A program made the position numbers and the translations under genes. This document shows positions 38,664 to 48,828 of a stretch of DNA of 64,000 bases, piece after piece. Origin of the DNA: Verrucomicrobiia bacterium (lineage in GTDB: Bacteria > Verrucomicrobiota > Verrucomicrobiia > Limisphaerales > UBA1319); the NCBI GenBank assembly GCA_963664225.1, contig OY760937.1, forward strand, positions 3,776,001 through 3,840,000, read 5' to 3'. Position 1 is the stretch's first letter. Each line of letters opens with the position of its first letter. A model generated the notes under the pieces. That model did no database searches. It was not told the origin of the DNA and saw only the letters and a program-made list of their open reading frames with translations.

Positions 38664-40292
38664 TTAAACGTTGTCAGCGGTAATGGGAAAACGGGGTTTG
38701 ATGACCTGAGAGATGGAGGCATCCGACAGATCGGTGAAAAAGCCGAGCTGACGGAGGCGATCCTTGAGAGCGCTGTAATTGTGCTCGAGGGCACGGGCGA
38801 CGTCAGGGCTGTCATTAGGCGTGCCAGTGGTGTCGATCAGGAGGCCGTAGCGGTCGCGGAGCCATTTCACGAAGCTTGCGACTGTTTTGGGTTCGGTAAT
38901 GAACTCACCTTGCTTGTTGATGCCGACAACAAAAAGTTGGACGAGAATTTCGAGTAGCTGATTGCCAAGAATGTACTTGCGGCGTTTGCCACGCCCACCG
39001 TGCAGGAAGCCGTCCTCGCGGTTTAGGCCACAGAGGGAGGCCATGAGCGCCTTGTGATTACGGGAACGGCTTTTGAAGGTCTTCTGGTAGAGGACCTCGA
39101 CGAAGGAATCAAGCGGGTCGAGCTTGAGGTCCTGGATGGCTTTGATTTCCATGTCGGGCTCGGCATCTTCGTCGACCTGGGTGACTTCACTGAGTTTAGT
39201 CAGGAAGTAACCATCGACATTCTTATCGCTTAGGCAAGCGATGGCTTCTTCGACAGAGCCCTTGTAGAGCGACCCGCGCGAAACCTGAGCAAACTCGTCC
39301 AGCTTCTTTAGGACGTAATGAGCACGGAAATAACGGAACATGAGGCCGTAGTGCTTGGCGACCTTCTGCTTGGCGAGCTCGTCGCAGGTTTTATTTTGGC
39401 CGTTAGTGAGGTCAACGAAAATATCGGGGTGGTGCTCGCACTCGCCCATGAGGTGGAGGGTGTCCGCCTTGATGCCTTTGCACTTGGAGCAACGGTACTT
39501 CTTCGAGTCAACCAGTTTGAGCACGAGGGAAAAAGTGCGGAGGCAGTACAGAGCGGAGTGGAAGGAAAACAGCGAAATCAAGTATTGGATCAGCTCGCGA
39601 CGGGGAATCACGTCCTTGTACACGAGGAGCCGGGCCGTGTCGTTGATCAGGAGCTGCTGATGAGCGGGGCAGAGGAAGTTGTGAGGGGGAACCTTTTTCC
39701 GGTTATCAGGCAGATCGGCTTTGAAATGCTCAAGCAGACGGAGGAGGAAGAGGGTTTCAACATCAAGAGCGGCGGCGGAGGGTTCGTGGATCTTCAGGTC
39801 AGTATCGCCAAATGGTTTAGTGCCTTTTTGGAGGTAGGGAAGAAGGAGGCTGTTTTCGCCGATGATCAGGTCGGTTTCACGGAAGACGTTATAGAGGAAG
39901 AGACTGAGGTCGCGGTCCTGGCTGCGAATGCGCGGGTCCAGGAGCTTAATGGTGCTCATGTGGATGGGCTTGAGGCTGGCGATGCGCTCCTTGCCGCCCC
40001 GGCCCATACCAGCGCGTATGCATGTGGAGAAGTCGCTGGCAAGCCAGTGCTCCAGCAAGCGCTCACGCTGGGGGTCACCAGAGACGCCCTGGAAGTGGGT
40101 GGTGTCGTCCTTGACAATCTCGACCAAGTTCTCGGGGTAGAGGGTATTCTTGGTGGTCGAGGTGATGGGGCGGCCCTTGGTGCGGATGAGGACTAGGAAC
40201 CGAGCGAAGGCTTGTTCGAGGATGATGTTGTTTGCATCAACCGGCATCAGGGTGGCCCAGCGGAAGGATTTATGATTTTTTGTAATAGGCAT
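38664..40292 (-). CDS. MAD7/DptG-like protein
   Basis: Position between ATPase and MTase; C-terminal KYILGNQLLEILVQL...LRDRYGLLID...LKDRLRQLGFFTDLSDA, recalled as typical of this family; CxxC insert. Confidence 0.7.
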   Translation of the reverse strand: MPITKNHKSFRWATLMPVDANNIILEQAFARFLVLIRTKGRPITSTTKNTLYPENLVEIVKDDTTHFQGVSGDPQRERLLEHWLASDFSTCIRAGMGRGGKERIASLKPIHMSTIKLLDPRIRSQDRDLSLFLYNVFRETDLIIGENSLLLPYLQKGTKPFGDTDLKIHEPSAAALDVETLFLLRLLEHFKADLPDNRKKVPPHNFLCPAHQQLLINDTARLLVYKDVIPRRELIQYLISLFSFHSALYCLRTFSLVLKLVDSKKYRCSKCKGIKADTLHLMGECEHHPDIFVDLTNGQNKTCDELAKQKVAKHYGLMFRYFRAHYVLKKLDEFAQVSRGSLYKGSVEEAIACLSDKNVDGYFLTKLSEVTQVDEDAEPDMEIKAIQDLKLDPLDSFVEVLYQKTFKSRSRNHKALMASLCGLNREDGFLHGGRGKRRKYILGNQLLEILVQLFVVGINKQGEFITEPKTVASFVKWLRDRYGLLIDTTGTPNDSPDVARALEHNYSALKDRLRQLGFFTDLSDASISQVIKPRFPITADNV

Positions 40293-40301
40293 AAGGCAAC
40301 C

Positions 40302-42077
40302 TCACAGTTTAGTCATCGCGAGTTTGAGGTCCGGCGTGCGTTTGATCTTGAAGAGGCTGGTGTCATCATCGGTGAGGATGATGCTGTCGGATGGTCGGCA
40401 AGTGAGTCGGCGTTTGAACATGTCGAGATTTAGAAAGAACGTTTGAATCTCGCTAGCGGTGGGGACATAGCCGTCGTGGATGCGGCAGAGTACTTCAAAC
40501 AAGTCGAGGGGAATCTCCAGCGTGGCGGATTTGTCGTGTGGGCGATAGTAGATGCAACTAGGGAGATACTCAAGGAAATCCACCTGGTTGCCAATGTCCT
40601 CCAACGTAACGAGGAAATCGGACGCGTCGAATGCGTAGAAGGCTTTTGTGGCGGCGCGCAGGGAATTGCCAGACCGGAGGCAGAGGCTTTCGCGGCCGAC
40701 GGTCTCGTTGTAGATTCGCTCGGATTTGCTGATGGCGAGGGTGATCTGGTTGCGGAGCATGGCGTCGGGGTCGTTGCCGGTGGCGATGAACTGCATGAAA
40801 CGGTCGAACCGGCGGTAGGGCAAGAGATCTTTCCAGATGGGGAGACCGCGCATCTTGAGTTTGGATTCGTCGCCTTCGAAGTAGAGTTTGCGGCGAGTGG
40901 CGGCATGGTAAAGCCTTGCGTTGATCTGGCGGCCCGAATCGGTGTCAAGAGTGCCTTCGGGGCGGTTACGGAAGAGCGTTTCGAGATGTGGCTGGTCAGC
41001 CGGGGAAGCCACCTCGGAGGTAAGAAAAAGGCTGCGGTTAGCGGGGTCGTCCGGGGCAGAGAAATTGATGAGATTGTCGAGCTTGGGGTTGCTGACGTAG
41101 GCGACGTCCATTTGGGAAAGGATCTGAGTAAGGCGATCGTCCTCCTGAGTATTGAAAATGGCGTTGTAGTAGAAACGGTCGAGGATGGGCTTGCCGTCCT
41201 GGATTTCGGCCTGGAGCTGAGGACAGGTGGACTTGTTAAACAAGACAAAGGAAAGAATGGAGCGCAAGTCGCGCATCGTGATATGGCGTGTTTTGCGGAA
41301 ATGCACTGCGAGTATGAGCCGCTTTAAGCGTTGACGAATAACGGGGCCGACTTTCGGGCCGCGGAGGCTGTCCACGTTGTACTTGATGTAGCAGCGATCG
41401 GCGAAGATGCAGTTTTCTGGGATGCAGTGGTTCCAGAAGCCAGTCTGGTTGTCGACGTCGAGCAGGCAGTCGAGGAGTTTGTCGAAAATGCAGGGGGCGT
41501 CATCCACGCCGACAACAGAGCGGGAGTTGAGATTGATGAAAATGAGAGATTCGTTGGGACGGAAGCCTTCCAAGATCAGGTAGTGATGGACCTGCCTGCC
41601 GAGCCAGCGATATTGGGATTTGTTGAGAATGAAATCGCGCAGCTTGCCTTCGTTGATGGCTATGATCTTGGTGAAGGGGCCCGTCGGAGGCTTGTCGCCC
41701 TCGAACTCGTTAAAAAACCGGGCGAGGACGGAGTCGTTCTTTGCGCCCTGAAAATCCTGGCTGCCATCGTAGAGGGTCTGGAAGGAAGTGCCGTCGAGCG
41801 TAAAGGAGCAGCCGTTGTCGGTCCGGATGAAGTTTTGGGCACCTCGGTCCTGAGCATAAGCTTCAAGTCTCTGAATGTAAGCGGTTTTGCCGTCGCCAGC
41901 GTTGCCGCTTAGAATGACGAGTTTAGTCTTGGGGTTGAGAATTGCCGGCGTGAGCTTGGCGTCGAGTTTAGTCTCAACATAGGTCCTGGGATCGTAGTTG
42001 CGGGTGTTCTTGGTGCTCAACTCACTCTGGCTGTAGAACTTGAGGAAGTCGTCGATGTTGGGATTGTGGTTGTTCAC
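40302..42077 (-). CDS. MAD6 C-terminal / DptF-like P-loop ATPase (no kinase domains)
   Basis: YSQS...TR...TYVETKLD, LVILSGNAGDGKT, IIAINEGKLRDF, HITMRDLRSILSF. Confidence 0.78.
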   Translation of the reverse strand: MNNHNPNIDDFLKFYSQSELSTKNTRNYDPRTYVETKLDAKLTPAILNPKTKLVILSGNAGDGKTAYIQRLEAYAQDRGAQNFIRTDNGCSFTLDGTSFQTLYDGSQDFQGAKNDSVLARFFNEFEGDKPPTGPFTKIIAINEGKLRDFILNKSQYRWLGRQVHHYLILEGFRPNESLIFINLNSRSVVGVDDAPCIFDKLLDCLLDVDNQTGFWNHCIPENCIFADRCYIKYNVDSLRGPKVGPVIRQRLKRLILAVHFRKTRHITMRDLRSILSFVLFNKSTCPQLQAEIQDGKPILDRFYYNAIFNTQEDDRLTQILSQMDVAYVSNPKLDNLINFSAPDDPANRSLFLTSEVASPADQPHLETLFRNRPEGTLDTDSGRQINARLYHAATRRKLYFEGDESKLKMRGLPIWKDLLPYRRFDRFMQFIATGNDPDAMLRNQITLAISKSERIYNETVGRESLCLRSGNSLRAATKAFYAFDASDFLVTLEDIGNQVDFLEYLPSCIYYRPHDKSATLEIPLDLFEVLCRIHDGYVPTASEIQTFFLNLDMFKRRLTCRPSDSIILTDDDTSLFKIKRTPDLKLAMTKL

Positions 42078-42086
42078 GGGTGGACC

Positions 42087-42331
42087 TCATGATTTCGTAC
42101 TGGGGCAACGTAGCGGTTTGCTATTGTGGGCATCAACGGATGCTTCGCTGACGACGTCCTCGGCGGCATGGCTACCCTTGATCCACTGGTCAATGACGGA
42201 GGCAAGTAATTTCCACATTCGGCCAAACCAGGGGACGGGCATATTCTTCCGGGGGGGCCATATTTGGACCGTGTCCAGGGTGAAGCCCAGATGCACCGCA
42301 ATTCTGCAACCAATAATCCGCGTTTTTGCAT
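42087..42331 (-). pseudogene. MAD1-like HTH_17 regulator with a 1-nt frameshift
   Basis: MQKRGLLVAE then, one base shifted (GCAGAATTGCG), IAVHLGFTLDTVQIW...MP...GRMWKLLASVIDQWIK; ends about 10 bp before the ATPase gene. Confidence 0.65.
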
Positions 42332-42482
42332 AGGAATTGGCTCGAAATCCCGGTTAACAAAATGTCGGTCCGAATGAGTTTCGAACTAAAAATGGAATTT
42401 AGAGGGTCCTTTCAAAGAAGACCAGCAAAATCCTTATGAAACCGAGGGGGGACGAGTGAGGATGAACGAAGTGAATCCTATT

Positions 42483-43947
42483 CACAGCCATCCCATAACG
42501 ACGTAAAAACCAGGCAAAAGCATTGGGTTTCCTCGAAAAGTGAGGCTTGATTCAAAAGGTGGCGTTGGGAGTTTTCAGGGTGTCTTACATAATCAAGTCG
42601 GCGTTTTTGCCAAAAGGCCCGTTTGCTGTCCCATGGTTTTAGCTGAATCCCGGCAGATAGGCCTGTTCCGGTGTGGCCAGATAGCGAAAGTGACCCCCGG
42701 CTGTCCCATAGTGGCGGAGCAAGCCCAACAAGTCCCATTTGCGCCATAGTGACGAGCGAAGGATGGTGAATAACCGACTGAAGCTATGACTCCAGTCCGA
42801 TAGAAACGCCGCATACCTCAATAGTAAATACACCAGAAGCGCAGTCCACACCTGCCAGCGCACCGCGTTGGCGCTGGTGCCCAGAAAGTCGGCCAGTTGC
42901 AGGGTCTGTTTGATCTGCTTGAAGAAAACCTCGATTTTCCAGCGGCTCTTGTAAAGATCAGCAATGCTCTGCGCGCTCCACTCCAGATTGTTGGTCAAAA
43001 ACTCCATCTCCACGTCCTTGCCATCGACCTGGACCAGCGCTCGAACCCGGCGCATGAGACACGGATAGGCCTTCTGCGAGGAGCGCGTGGTGGTCTCCAC
43101 CAATTCGTCGGCCAGAATCTTGCCGCTGGCCCCGTTTTGATAAAGTTTAACCACCTTGAATTTGTGGCTGGTCTTGGTGCGGGTGACCCAAAAGACCTCC
43201 CGCATGGCCAGTTCGGCCAGGTGGCTGAAATCGACGTAAGCCTTGTCAAATATGACGATTTCGCCGGCCTTGATCCCCGCGCACACCTCCCAAGCTCGCC
43301 TGGCATCGGCATGCTTGGCGATGTCCACAATGGCAAAGCGGGGCAGAAAGCTTTGGAGGTCCAGACGCAGGTGGCATTTGGCCGCCAGCTTTGCGCCGAT
43401 GGAGCCTGGCCCAATCCATGCACGAGGCGATCAGGGGAATGGTCGTCGAATCCACCAGATGAATCTGGCGCTTGAACTTGCGGGCAAACCGCGTTCCCGA
43501 TTTGCCACTGACAAAGCGGGGGGGCAATTGCCCCAGATGTTCAAAGACCGCCCAGAAGAGTTTCTCGGCCATCTCTGCCGGGCGCCCCTTGTTGGAGTTG
43601 GAGAGGTTGTTGCGGGAAGGTGGAGTCGCCCCACGGATGCTGGAAAGAGGCCCCGAATGCAAACCCAGGGCATCACACACGTCGTTGAGTCCGATACAAT
43701 GAGTCAACTGAGCGTAGAGTAGCGTCACCACATGACTCCACGGACTGAAGGTTCTGGCCCTCTTATCAACGCAGGTTTCCCGCGCTATTCTGGAAACCAA
43801 AAACCCAGGAATGAAGTTGCAAATCTGCCTTAACAGATTCAATTTCAAACCGCCTGGAATGCTTTTGTTTTTGTTCACCCCTGTCGTGTGACAGGTTAAT
43901 CCAGAACGTTCCAGCCTTTTTCATTCATTTCCTATGGGATGGCTGTG
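42483..43947 (-). mobile_element. IS4-family element
   Basis: 15-bp terminal IRs CACAGCCATCCCATA / TATGGGATGGCTGTG; no clear TSD. Confidence 0.8.
42639..43878 (-). pseudogene. IS4 transposase, frameshifted near 43388
   Basis: LVDSTTI in the first frame; IFDKAY and YKSRWKIEVFFKQIKQ (YREK motif) in the second. Confidence 0.88.
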
Positions 43948-44560
43948 GAACGATTTTGTTAACTTACTTTCCGCATTGTAATACATTCATTATCAGAAAA
44001 AATTCTGGGCGTCGTGTTTTTAGAAAATTGCGCGGAGAAAATGATGTTTCTGATTTCGAGTGTTCCATAATCGGTGGAGGGTTTTTGGTTTTGAAGTTCC
44101 ACCAGAGTTCTTGTTGCTAATATGTCGGGAAAATGGCCGATTTCCCATCGGCCCTTAGAACCGTCAAAATGTGCATTTAAATTTGAAAATGCGATGGTGC
44201 AAAATATTTGCATTTGAATGAGTGTGCTCCCAAATGAAATCCGAGTCAATTTCCCTGTGGTGTGTTTATGCAAATTGGCAGTGCTGTTAGGAGGCATCTC
44301 AATTCTCCTGTAATCCACAGCCGTTCCATTGCACTTGTTTTAGAGATGGATATCCACGTCAACTTTGATAATTCGATTGCGCGCGTTCAGGAGAAAGAAA
44401 TTGTGAGCACCTTTAAAACTGCGTAGAGCTCAATTCTTCCAAAAGTTATGGCTTCTTTCACGATAATGAAATTCCTAATGCTCAATTCGGTTCCAGCCGT
44501 GGTTATGGTTCGATTGTGGCGCATTTAGCAGAAACAACCTTGACGAGAGTACAGAGAGAA

Positions 44561-44866
44561 TTACGGAAACTCCGTGGTTCTTTCCATTGTCCCTGGCTCG
44601 TGATTCAGAGTTGGATTCCCCTCTTGCATATGGACCAATTTTAGGATCGTCACGTGGCTGGTTTTTAGGATTCTGCCGACGGCTCTAAAACTGAGGCCTT
44701 CTTTGTGCATGCCAAGCGCCAGGGTTTTCTCCTCGGGGGTCAGGCGGTCGCTCTTGTGCAGGACCGTCGGATGAAAACCGCAGGCTTTGCAGAAATACCG
44801 CTGGCGTCCGCCGACAACGCCATCCTTTCTGAGATGATGATTTCCACACTTAGGGCAGGAGTCCAT
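44561..44866 (-). CDS. IS1 InsA-like Zn-ribbon + HTH protein
   Basis: CPKCG...KDG..GGRQRYFCKACG and EGLSFRAVGRILKTSHVTI; no InsB seen. Confidence 0.7.
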   Translation of the reverse strand: MDSCPKCGNHHLRKDGVVGGRQRYFCKACGFHPTVLHKSDRLTPEEKTLALGMHKEGLSFRAVGRILKTSHVTILKLVHMQEGNPTLNHEPGTMERTTEFP

Positions 44867-45145
44867 CTCTTATATCATGTAACGCATTGGATAGATGTCA
44901 ATGGCATACCTATACCATATTACCACTACCCCTCACAACCTATAATAAATTACCACCCCCAAGAGTTTAGACATAATGTACCTCTACCGATGATGTTTTA
45001 TTTGTTGTGGGTGCCCGTTCCCGATCGATTTAATCGCATTCTCAATGGTTAATCATTAGATGGGTACCATTTAAAGGACATAAAACAACTCCTCCTTGTA
45101 AAAACCTAATCTGAAGCGGTTTATAAACTTACTCACACCTCTCTT

Positions 45146-45226
45146 TTGAACTGTTGTCCAAACAATTCCCTAGGTTTTGAACTGTTGTCCAAACAAACCG
45201 CTGGGGCATTGAACCGTTGTCCAAAC
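45146..45226. repeat. Three 18-bp iterons (putative oriV)
   Basis: TTGAAC(T/C)GTTGTCCAAAC at 45146, 45177 and 45209 (periods 31 and 32 bp), between the rep stop and an AT-rich tract. Confidence 0.8.
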
Positions 45227-45258
45227 GCGAAACTGCCTAATTACCAAATCCAAGGGGC

Positions 45259-46509
45259 TTATTTCCTAGTGTTTTGAATGGGCGCGGAAATGGATTCCAT
45301 GATGCGGTGGATGAGTCGGGCAGTTGGATTCTTGGTAGCAACAAGGCCCTCCAGGGAGGCGCCTTTGGCCTCTGCCAAGAGACCTGCGAAACGAGTATTC
45401 GTGAGGATGGCTTTTGCCATTTCAAAGAATCGCCGATGCTTGCCAATTTCCACTTGTGCGGTTTCAAGCATCTCAGTTTCGTAATCCGTCAGTGGATGAA
45501 TATTGGAGAGTGCCTGATTTAAATGCTCTTGGGAACGCCCGCTCTTGAGATAGGCGGCGACCAGTTTGGAAGAACCATTTAGCGGCTTTGAGGCGGAAGG
45601 GGACTTTTCAAGCCAGGATTGAAGTTTCCAATCCGATTTATCCTCCGTTTCGACCAAGGCAACCCTAAAATGCCCGGAAAGGGTTTCAAGGTGATCCAGT
45701 TGTTGAAGGACCGAATGGCCTTCCTTCTCGTGCATCGTGAACACCCGTTTCCGCACGGATTTGTGAAACGGGACAGGGAAGGAGACCTGTTCGAGGAGTT
45801 TGGTGGCGTTAATCTCAAAGGGGTTGCTCGCGGTATGGTGATAGGCGCGGCTGGGGATGTAAAGGTAGATGGCCTGAGCCAAGGTAGAGCGGATCGAAGT
45901 GAAAACGTTCAATTTCAGGTGCTGTAATTCGGTGATGCGATTGAGGAGGCCCGAGAATTCCGGCGACAGGGTGCAACCGTTAAACCACATTTCGGATTGG
46001 TTGGAAGTGGCGAGGTGGGAATTGTTTTTGCGAATGGGTCGGTCCTCAATATCCACCCGTTCAATCAATCGGTAGGAGTGTGAAATTCCCGTGGTAACAT
46101 TCGTGATGCGGATATAAGCGTCCGTGAGGTCTCCAAGAATATCCTTGATGGCGCGTGCGTAGCGCCCGCCATTGCTATTGGCATAACGGCGGCAAAATTC
46201 ATTGAAGGAAAAGCGAATGAGGCGTGTGCCATCGTCATCGAAGGGATCGCGGAAACTCAAGAGGGAAAAGATCGCGCGGGCGTGGCGGACGTCGAGAGCT
46301 GGCGGAGACAGGTTGCGTTTGATGGGATGAAAACCTCCAATAGTATAGCTCCGGTTGCCGATGGTAACCTCGCGCGGCCCATTCTGTTTGGTGGCGGCAA
46401 ATACTGGGCCGAGGAAATAATCCTTTGGAGCGGCGACCAAATATGCGCGGCTACGCTGGGGTAAGAGCTCTTGCAGCTCGTAGGTTGGACTGCCCCCATT
46501 TTCCTCCAT
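45259..46509 (-). CDS. Putative plasmid replication initiator (winged-helix Rep)
   Basis: LIRFSFNEFCRRYANSNGGRYARAIKDILGDL...LAQAIYLYI pattern, and adjacent iterons. Confidence 0.65.
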   Translation of the reverse strand: MEENGGSPTYELQELLPQRSRAYLVAAPKDYFLGPVFAATKQNGPREVTIGNRSYTIGGFHPIKRNLSPPALDVRHARAIFSLLSFRDPFDDDGTRLIRFSFNEFCRRYANSNGGRYARAIKDILGDLTDAYIRITNVTTGISHSYRLIERVDIEDRPIRKNNSHLATSNQSEMWFNGCTLSPEFSGLLNRITELQHLKLNVFTSIRSTLAQAIYLYIPSRAYHHTASNPFEINATKLLEQVSFPVPFHKSVRKRVFTMHEKEGHSVLQQLDHLETLSGHFRVALVETEDKSDWKLQSWLEKSPSASKPLNGSSKLVAAYLKSGRSQEHLNQALSNIHPLTDYETEMLETAQVEIGKHRRFFEMAKAILTNTRFAGLLAEAKGASLEGLVATKNPTARLIHRIMESISAPIQNTRK

Positions 46510-46699
46510 TTTGTGCTAACAGTTCTAATACGATGAGGGTCACAATCGCAACACTGTTTTTGGAGGCCAAAGATTCTGATTGAATCAGCCTAAAACCTGC
46601 CATGGGGGACCAATCGATGTAGGGAAGATTCTTGCAGCAAGCAGTAGAGTGTGTCAAGGCTTGCAGCGCTTTCGAGCCGCATGAAGCAGGAAGACATGC

Positions 46700-47338
46700 T
46701 CAAATCCCAGGCAATGTCGTGGGTTCTCTGACAAAACTTTGAGCTTCATTTACGGTGTCCTGCAAAGACCCGCCCGATTTTAGATTGAGCATTTTTACAA
46801 TGTCTTGCAGATCGGCGTATTTAATAAAGGAATATTGTTGTGTATTAATTTGAACCATTCCTGGGCTGCCTTGGTATGTTATGCCCCACTTTTCGGGCAA
46901 TCCGCCGCTGCTTGAATTCGCCTCCCTCGATATCGGAACAATGCGGAGATAGTTGAAACCCATCGCGCGCGCCATTTTACGATTTAAGATGTGGTCCAAC
47001 ACATATTCCTTTAACGACTCATTGGGGAATGCGTTGGCGTATGCCTTTCTGTAGCCGCGGTAATTCACATGAACCCAAACCTGCTGGGGGTGGTGCAATA
47101 TCACCGACTCTTTCATAGCCCAGATCGGGAGACGTCGATTTAGAGGGGGCGAATCATAGGGATGAACCAGAAGAGCCTTATTGGGCGATGCTGGCGTCAA
47201 GACACGAAAAATGTTACCAACATATTTTTCAATTGCCGCTTCGTTCTGCGCGGCAATGGGAATGTGGCAACAGAGGGGCAGGCCATAAACTCTCAGTGCC
47301 CGATTCCTTGCTTCCTCGTCAATTTCTCCGTGTGCCAT
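46700..47338 (-). CDS. Hypothetical protein, possible HNH-like nuclease
   Basis: Clean 212-aa ORF; VLDHILNR...YLRIVPISREANSSSG resembles a beta-beta-alpha-Me motif. Confidence 0.45.
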   Translation of the reverse strand: MAHGEIDEEARNRALRVYGLPLCCHIPIAAQNEAAIEKYVGNIFRVLTPASPNKALLVHPYDSPPLNRRLPIWAMKESVILHHPQQVWVHVNYRGYRKAYANAFPNESLKEYVLDHILNRKMARAMGFNYLRIVPISREANSSSGGLPEKWGITYQGSPGMVQINTQQYSFIKYADLQDIVKMLNLKSGGSLQDTVNEAQSFVREPTTLPGI

Positions 47339-47481
47339 ATGTATTCAGGATTGGATGAATGCGGTTGAGCTCCTCATTGGGCACTTTTTAAACATCTTTT
47401 CGTTTAGGCTTGGTGTCGAGAACGGGCTTTTCAAGCTTTCAGTTGGTCGTCCATGAAACAATGTCGAGGGTTTATGAATCA

Positions 47482-48828
47482 TTACCTTGGGCCGAACAAC
47501 TGCGTTTTCTCACAAGGCAGGTTGTGTGTCCGTAGGAACGCAATTACATCAGGAAGAGTCTCAGTGTCTTTGGCCACCCGACTTTCCTCTGGATAAAGAG
47601 CATAATCTTCCGGATGCCAATCGTCGTGGATGCGTACGCAGTGCGTCTCGATGACATCCCGCAAGAAAATATCATTTGAGTAGATTTGTTCTCCTATGTT
47701 TATTGGAATTTCACGGCCGAAACACAAGAATCGTTTATTGATCTGGAGCATACGAGCCCATGCCCGGAGTTGAATACTGGTCCTCGTATCATTGGACCAT
47801 GGGTAAGGCTGTAAATCGGAGATGTATTTGTAAATTATCCGGTCGTTGCTTAATTTTGCCAACGGAATTGCCAGGACCATAAAGACTCGGCATTCACCCT
47901 TGCGTTCCCAGTCTTTCCCAATACCCCAGCGCAAAAAGTGGGCTTCCGGTGAAGCAGGCACCTCAGCAAAGATGAGCGCATCTGCATGTTTGCTGACGAG
48001 GGCGAGCAATTCCTGAGGTCGCTTGTCATAGCAGAATTCCTCATGAATTCGGCCGTCCTCGCCATCAAACCACTCACGGCGAATCAGGAATAATTTTGCG
48101 ATCCAATCAATTTTGGAATCATCAAGCCAGCTAATCAGTGCGGCATCTGTTTGAACATCGGTGAGCTGGATGGAGAATGGTGCTTTCTGAGTTTGGAGGA
48201 ACCGAGCAAGATGAGCGGGCTCCAGACCATGCCCTTCAAAAACCTTCCGCACCCGATTTGCGATAGCGCGAAGTTTGGGATCGTCAATCGTTGGCGTCGA
48301 ATATGTGGCAGTTTGTAGTCGTGTTTGGAGCCAAGCCACCAGGTGAGACCCAGTGAGCTTCTGCGTGACGCCATTTAAACGCACGAAGAATTCTCCACTA
48401 TGGGTGCAATATGCAACCGTGGTCGCCCCTTTTTTAATCAGGAGTTCCACGATGCAGAGTTCCGCTGCGTCGGAACCGCCAGCGACAGGATGAAAATGCA
48501 ATTGATATTGCGATAGATCAATCGCGGGTTTGATTTTGTTGAGCTCTCTGGCGACTGCACACCGGATTTGATCGCGGGATTCAGAGTCCAATGAAACCCC
48601 GACGGTGCATCGGTCCTTATCGCGGATGCCCCAGAAAATGCTACCTCCTTGCGCGTTCAGGAAAGCAACAGCGTAATTCTCTGCCGTATCAGCGATCGTA
48701 CGTGCTGGATTTTGGCTGGTGACCTCCTTGAATTCGATGGAACCGTCCTCCTCCATTGCCACGGGCTGGTTTAGCACGAAAGGGGCTCGCGCGGGAGGCT
48801 GCTTGGAATTGTCCGGGGCGCTGTTCAC
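47482..48828 (-). CDS. Schlafen/AlbA_2 domain protein with uncharacterised C-terminal domain
   Basis: EEDGSIEFKE...AVAFLNAQGGSIFWGIRD...GV. Confidence 0.85.
   Translation of the reverse strand: MNSAPDNSKQPPARAPFVLNQPVAMEEDGSIEFKEVTSQNPARTIADTAENYAVAFLNAQGGSIFWGIRDKDRCTVGVSLDSESRDQIRCAVARELNKIKPAIDLSQYQLHFHPVAGGSDAAELCIVELLIKKGATTVAYCTHSGEFFVRLNGVTQKLTGSHLVAWLQTRLQTATYSTPTIDDPKLRAIANRVRKVFEGHGLEPAHLARFLQTQKAPFSIQLTDVQTDAALISWLDDSKIDWIAKLFLIRREWFDGEDGRIHEEFCYDKRPQELLALVSKHADALIFAEVPASPEAHFLRWGIGKDWERKGECRVFMVLAIPLAKLSNDRIIYKYISDLQPYPWSNDTRTSIQLRAWARMLQINKRFLCFGREIPINIGEQIYSNDIFLRDVIETHCVRIHDDWHPEDYALYPEESRVAKDTETLPDVIAFLRTHNLPCEKTQLFGPR

Noticed and set aside
29954..42077. Canonical Dnd phosphorothioation R-M system
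   Set aside because: No dndA-E or ssp modification genes in the window; an N6-MTase sits inside the operon instead.
43370..43400. Programmed frameshift in the IS4 transposase
   Set aside because: No slippery heptamer; IS4 transposases are single ORFs, so this is treated as a mutation or sequencing error.
43959..44460. 119-aa ORF and upstream AT-rich sequence
   Set aside because: No recognisable motif; probably a decayed fragment next to the IS4 end.
45146..45226. Possible CRISPR array
   Set aside because: Repeats of 18 bp with 13-14 bp spacers are too short; position beside rep fits iterons.
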